Positions 61,757-64,000 of a stretch of 64,000 bases of DNA are shown piece by piece. Each line of letters starts with the position of its first letter. Within the stretch, counting starts at the first letter, position 1. A program made the position numbers and the translations under genes. Source of the DNA: a virus; IMG/VR virus record IMGVR_UViG_3300030339_000006; one strand, 5' to 3'. The notes under the pieces were generated by a model. That model ran no database searches and was not told the origin of the DNA. It saw nothing but the letters and a program-made list of their open reading frames with translations.

Positions 61757-63163
61757 TTATGCTCCTGTTGGCAGTGTGGCTGTTGCGTCAGTGTTCTTCG
61801 TGATACCGACATTGATTGGCGTCAGGACAATCTCAGCGCCACGGGCCGGTCCTGGGTCCGCTCGTGAACCGGCAGAGAGTAGCCCGCCGGCGGAGTCTGC
61901 GTCAATACGGGACCCCCCAATGAGTGCATTCGAATCTGATGACCCACCGTGCTTACCGCCACCACCAGTTGAGAGCAGGAAGGAACCATTAGCTCCGTTC
62001 GGTGTCATCAAGCCATTATCCAGGAAGGCACCAATCTTGTTGGCCAGCGATTCCGGGAAGTTAATGATACGGCCGATGGTGTCTTCCACCTTCTGAATAG
62101 CACCCTTCACCCCACCGATGGTGTCAGTGATTGACCCCATGATCTTGTCAAGGCCACCCTCTACTGTTTTCAAATAGGCGACTGCGGTATCCGCATAGCT
62201 GTTCACCTTATTGATGATAGCATTTGGGATCGACAGGATATCATTAAGGGTATTGTTCCAACCCGTCAGGATAGACGCGATATCTTCCGGAGAAATCCCC
62301 AGCAGATCCTTCATGGATGGAATAGATTCGATCGCCGACGTGTAAATACCCGCCAGGGAAAGAGTCTTGCCACCCAGAATCGAGGTCGCGTCAGAATTAC
62401 TGACGGCAGAACCATCAGCACGGATCGTCGCGATTTGGTCGACACGCTTATCCATGATCTCTTGCTGCGTCAACGTCGGGGTATCACGGGTCCCCAGGAA
62501 GTTTTGGTCTTGATAGTCCGTTACTTCCCCGGAATCGTTCTCGAAATACACGTCGGTGGAGCGGAAGATCGTTTCACGGACCAGGAAGCCCATCGAGAAG
62601 GACACGTCAGTGTCACGAGCGGCGTTCTGCTGGAAGGCCAGTGACGTGATTGACCCGAAGAATGTGGCATTCGGCAGGGCCAACTCGACCAGGGCATAGT
62701 TGCGGGCCGCCTGAGTACCGCGAAGGTGTTTCAGGTAGAGCTGAGCGAAGCGAGCGAATTGGTCATTGTCCAAGTCATCCGTCAGCATTCCCGAGATGCG
62801 AAGGGCCAGCGGATTCTGTCCGTAGAAGTAGACGCTCTCGTGGCCGCCGAAGGTGTGGAACACCTGGTACTTCTCGGTCATCTCGTAGGCCAGGTCGGTC
62901 ATCAAGAAGTCTTTGTAACCTCCGGTCGCGTCGTCCTGGTTCATCAGTTTCTTGAATGCGATCGCCTCGTAGTAAGGCATACCGGCACTCATGGCGGTGA
63001 TATCATCCGCAGTCACGCCCTCTGACAGGATCAGACGGATGGTCGCAGCTTCACCACGACGAGGGTTAGTCTCGTCGGTAGCGTAGTAGCGAGGACGAAC
63101 GGTGAATAGGCGTTCCCCCTCTTGGTTAATACGGGCTAACCCGTACGTGTTATCAGTTGCCAT
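61757..63163 (-). CDS. tail tube initiator / baseplate-associated structural protein
   Basis: E...EKYQ..TFG...YFYG..P....SG.L motif, downstream of tape measure. Confidence 0.5.
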   Translation of the reverse strand: MATDNTYGLARINQEGERLFTVRPRYYATDETNPRRGEAATIRLILSEGVTADDITAMSAGMPYYEAIAFKKLMNQDDATGGYKDFLMTDLAYEMTEKYQVFHTFGGHESVYFYGQNPLALRISGMLTDDLDNDQFARFAQLYLKHLRGTQAARNYALVELALPNATFFGSITSLAFQQNAARDTDVSFSMGFLVRETIFRSTDVYFENDSGEVTDYQDQNFLGTRDTPTLTQQEIMDKRVDQIATIRADGSAVSNSDATSILGGKTLSLAGIYTSAIESIPSMKDLLGISPEDIASILTGWNNTLNDILSIPNAIINKVNSYADTAVAYLKTVEGGLDKIMGSITDTIGGVKGAIQKVEDTIGRIINFPESLANKIGAFLDNGLMTPNGANGSFLLSTGGGGKHGGSSDSNALIGGSRIDADSAGGLLSAGSRADPGPARGAEIVLTPINVGITKNTDATATLPTGA

Positions 63164-63368
63164 ATTGATCCTTTACGATTCTGGTGATACGCACGACGTT
63201 ACCGCCCTCGAGCAGATCTCGTTGAGCGAAAATACCCCCCATTTGCAGGGGGATATACGTTTCGGTGCCACCGGAGTTCTGGAAGCGAATGCCTTCCATC
63301 ACCTCCGCGACGGTCTGGCGGAACATCTCGGTAGCTGACATGTTTCGAAGCTGTACGTTATTAGACAT
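63153..63368 (-). CDS. small hypothetical protein
   Basis: Coupled in structural operon. Confidence 0.5.
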   Translation of the reverse strand: MSNNVQLRNMSATEMFRQTVAEVMEGIRFQNSGGTETYIPLQMGGIFAQRDLLEGGNVVRITRIVKDQYGN

Positions 63369-64000
63369 TAGCGTGGCCCATAGTGTGGTGTTGTTCTTGG
63401 TGCACCGGCGGTATTAGCTGCAGGACCGGATCCGCGTACCAAAGGAATCAACGTTTTGTTTAAAGCATCGATGGACTTCGCGAGAGCTGGGTCACCGGCT
63501 CCGGTGATCTTCTCAAGGGCGTCCGCCGCACGATTTAGAGCGTCCGACGAAGCTGTGAGTCCGTCCGTCGCTTTCCCGATGTTATCCGCCACTTTACCCA
63601 TGGACTTGATTGCATCAACGCCACCGTACATGGAGTTCAGGTGATCGGCTTCCTTGGTGGCCTGGTCGATCGTGTCCTGAGCGGTCTTCGAGATGTCCCC
63701 GCCTTTACGCAGGCTGTCAGCACGCTGATCGTCGGTCATGTTACGGATCGCCGTGTCAGTGATACCGTCCAGGGCGTTGATCGCCGTTCCGGTATACCCG
63801 GCAGCCGTCTGAGCCTGCTTGACACCCTTACGGTAGGTTGCCACGTCCATCTTCTGAAGGCCAGCGTTGACGTTCTTCGCAGTGGCATCACGGAGTTCAT
63901 CACCTTGCTTGCCGAAGAGCAGTCCTGCACCGTCCATGTCGCCACGACCCAGAGCAGTAATACCCTTATCGATCGCCCCGAGTTTGTCCTTGTCGAGCCC
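63368..64000 (-). CDS. C-terminus of probable tape measure protein (5' end outside window)
   Basis: Frame stays open to the window edge; Ala-rich helical. Confidence 0.55.
   Translation of the reverse strand, partial: GLDKDKLGAIDKGITALGRGDMDGAGLLFGKQGDELRDATAKNVNAGLQKMDVATYRKGVKQAQTAAGYTGTAINALDGITDTAIRNMTDDQRADSLRKGGDISKTAQDTIDQATKEADHLNSMYGGVDAIKSMGKVADNIGKATDGLTASSDALNRAADALEKITGAGDPALAKSIDALNKTLIPLVRGSGPAANTAGAPRTTPHYGPR

Overview
A 64-kb segment of a large (jumbo-type) contractile-tailed dsDNA phage, probably infecting a gammaproteobacterium (enterobacterial-like NrdAB, ArfA, HU, TerB). Positions 1-50.5 kb are mostly + strand accessory and metabolic genes. These include P22 Ant-N/AntA/KilA DNA-binding paralogs, HU, RusA- and RuvC-like resolvases, a minimal TOPRIM protein, DHFR, class Ia NrdA/NrdB, a dNMP kinase, HD hydrolases, endolysin, SleB hydrolase, Acb2- and Tad2-like anti-defence proteins and many small paralog arrays. 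Interleaved are about 23 tRNA genes and several tRNA-shaped RNAs without a normal anticodon loop. Positions 50.5-64 kb are a - strand tail/baseplate module containing a phage sigma factor. Top candidates for new biology: (1) a Pth2-like gene whose codon 3 is an in-frame UAG, 1.3 kb from a phage tRNA with a CUA (amber suppressor) anticodon, in a genome that otherwise uses UAG as stop, alongside ArfA, YqeY and a ppGpp hydrolase; (2) a set of CCA-ended anticodon-less tRNA mimics; (3) palindromic 18-bp cassettes inside a P22-Ant-type gene, with variant copies arrayed downstream; (4) Gly/Ala/Lys-rich polyproteins punctuated by K-x-A motifs, two of them carrying ART/Tpt1-like domains; (5) a 168-bp inverted-iteron element repeated 39.5 kb apart. 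All assignments come from reading the sequence and recalled motifs; no searches were run.
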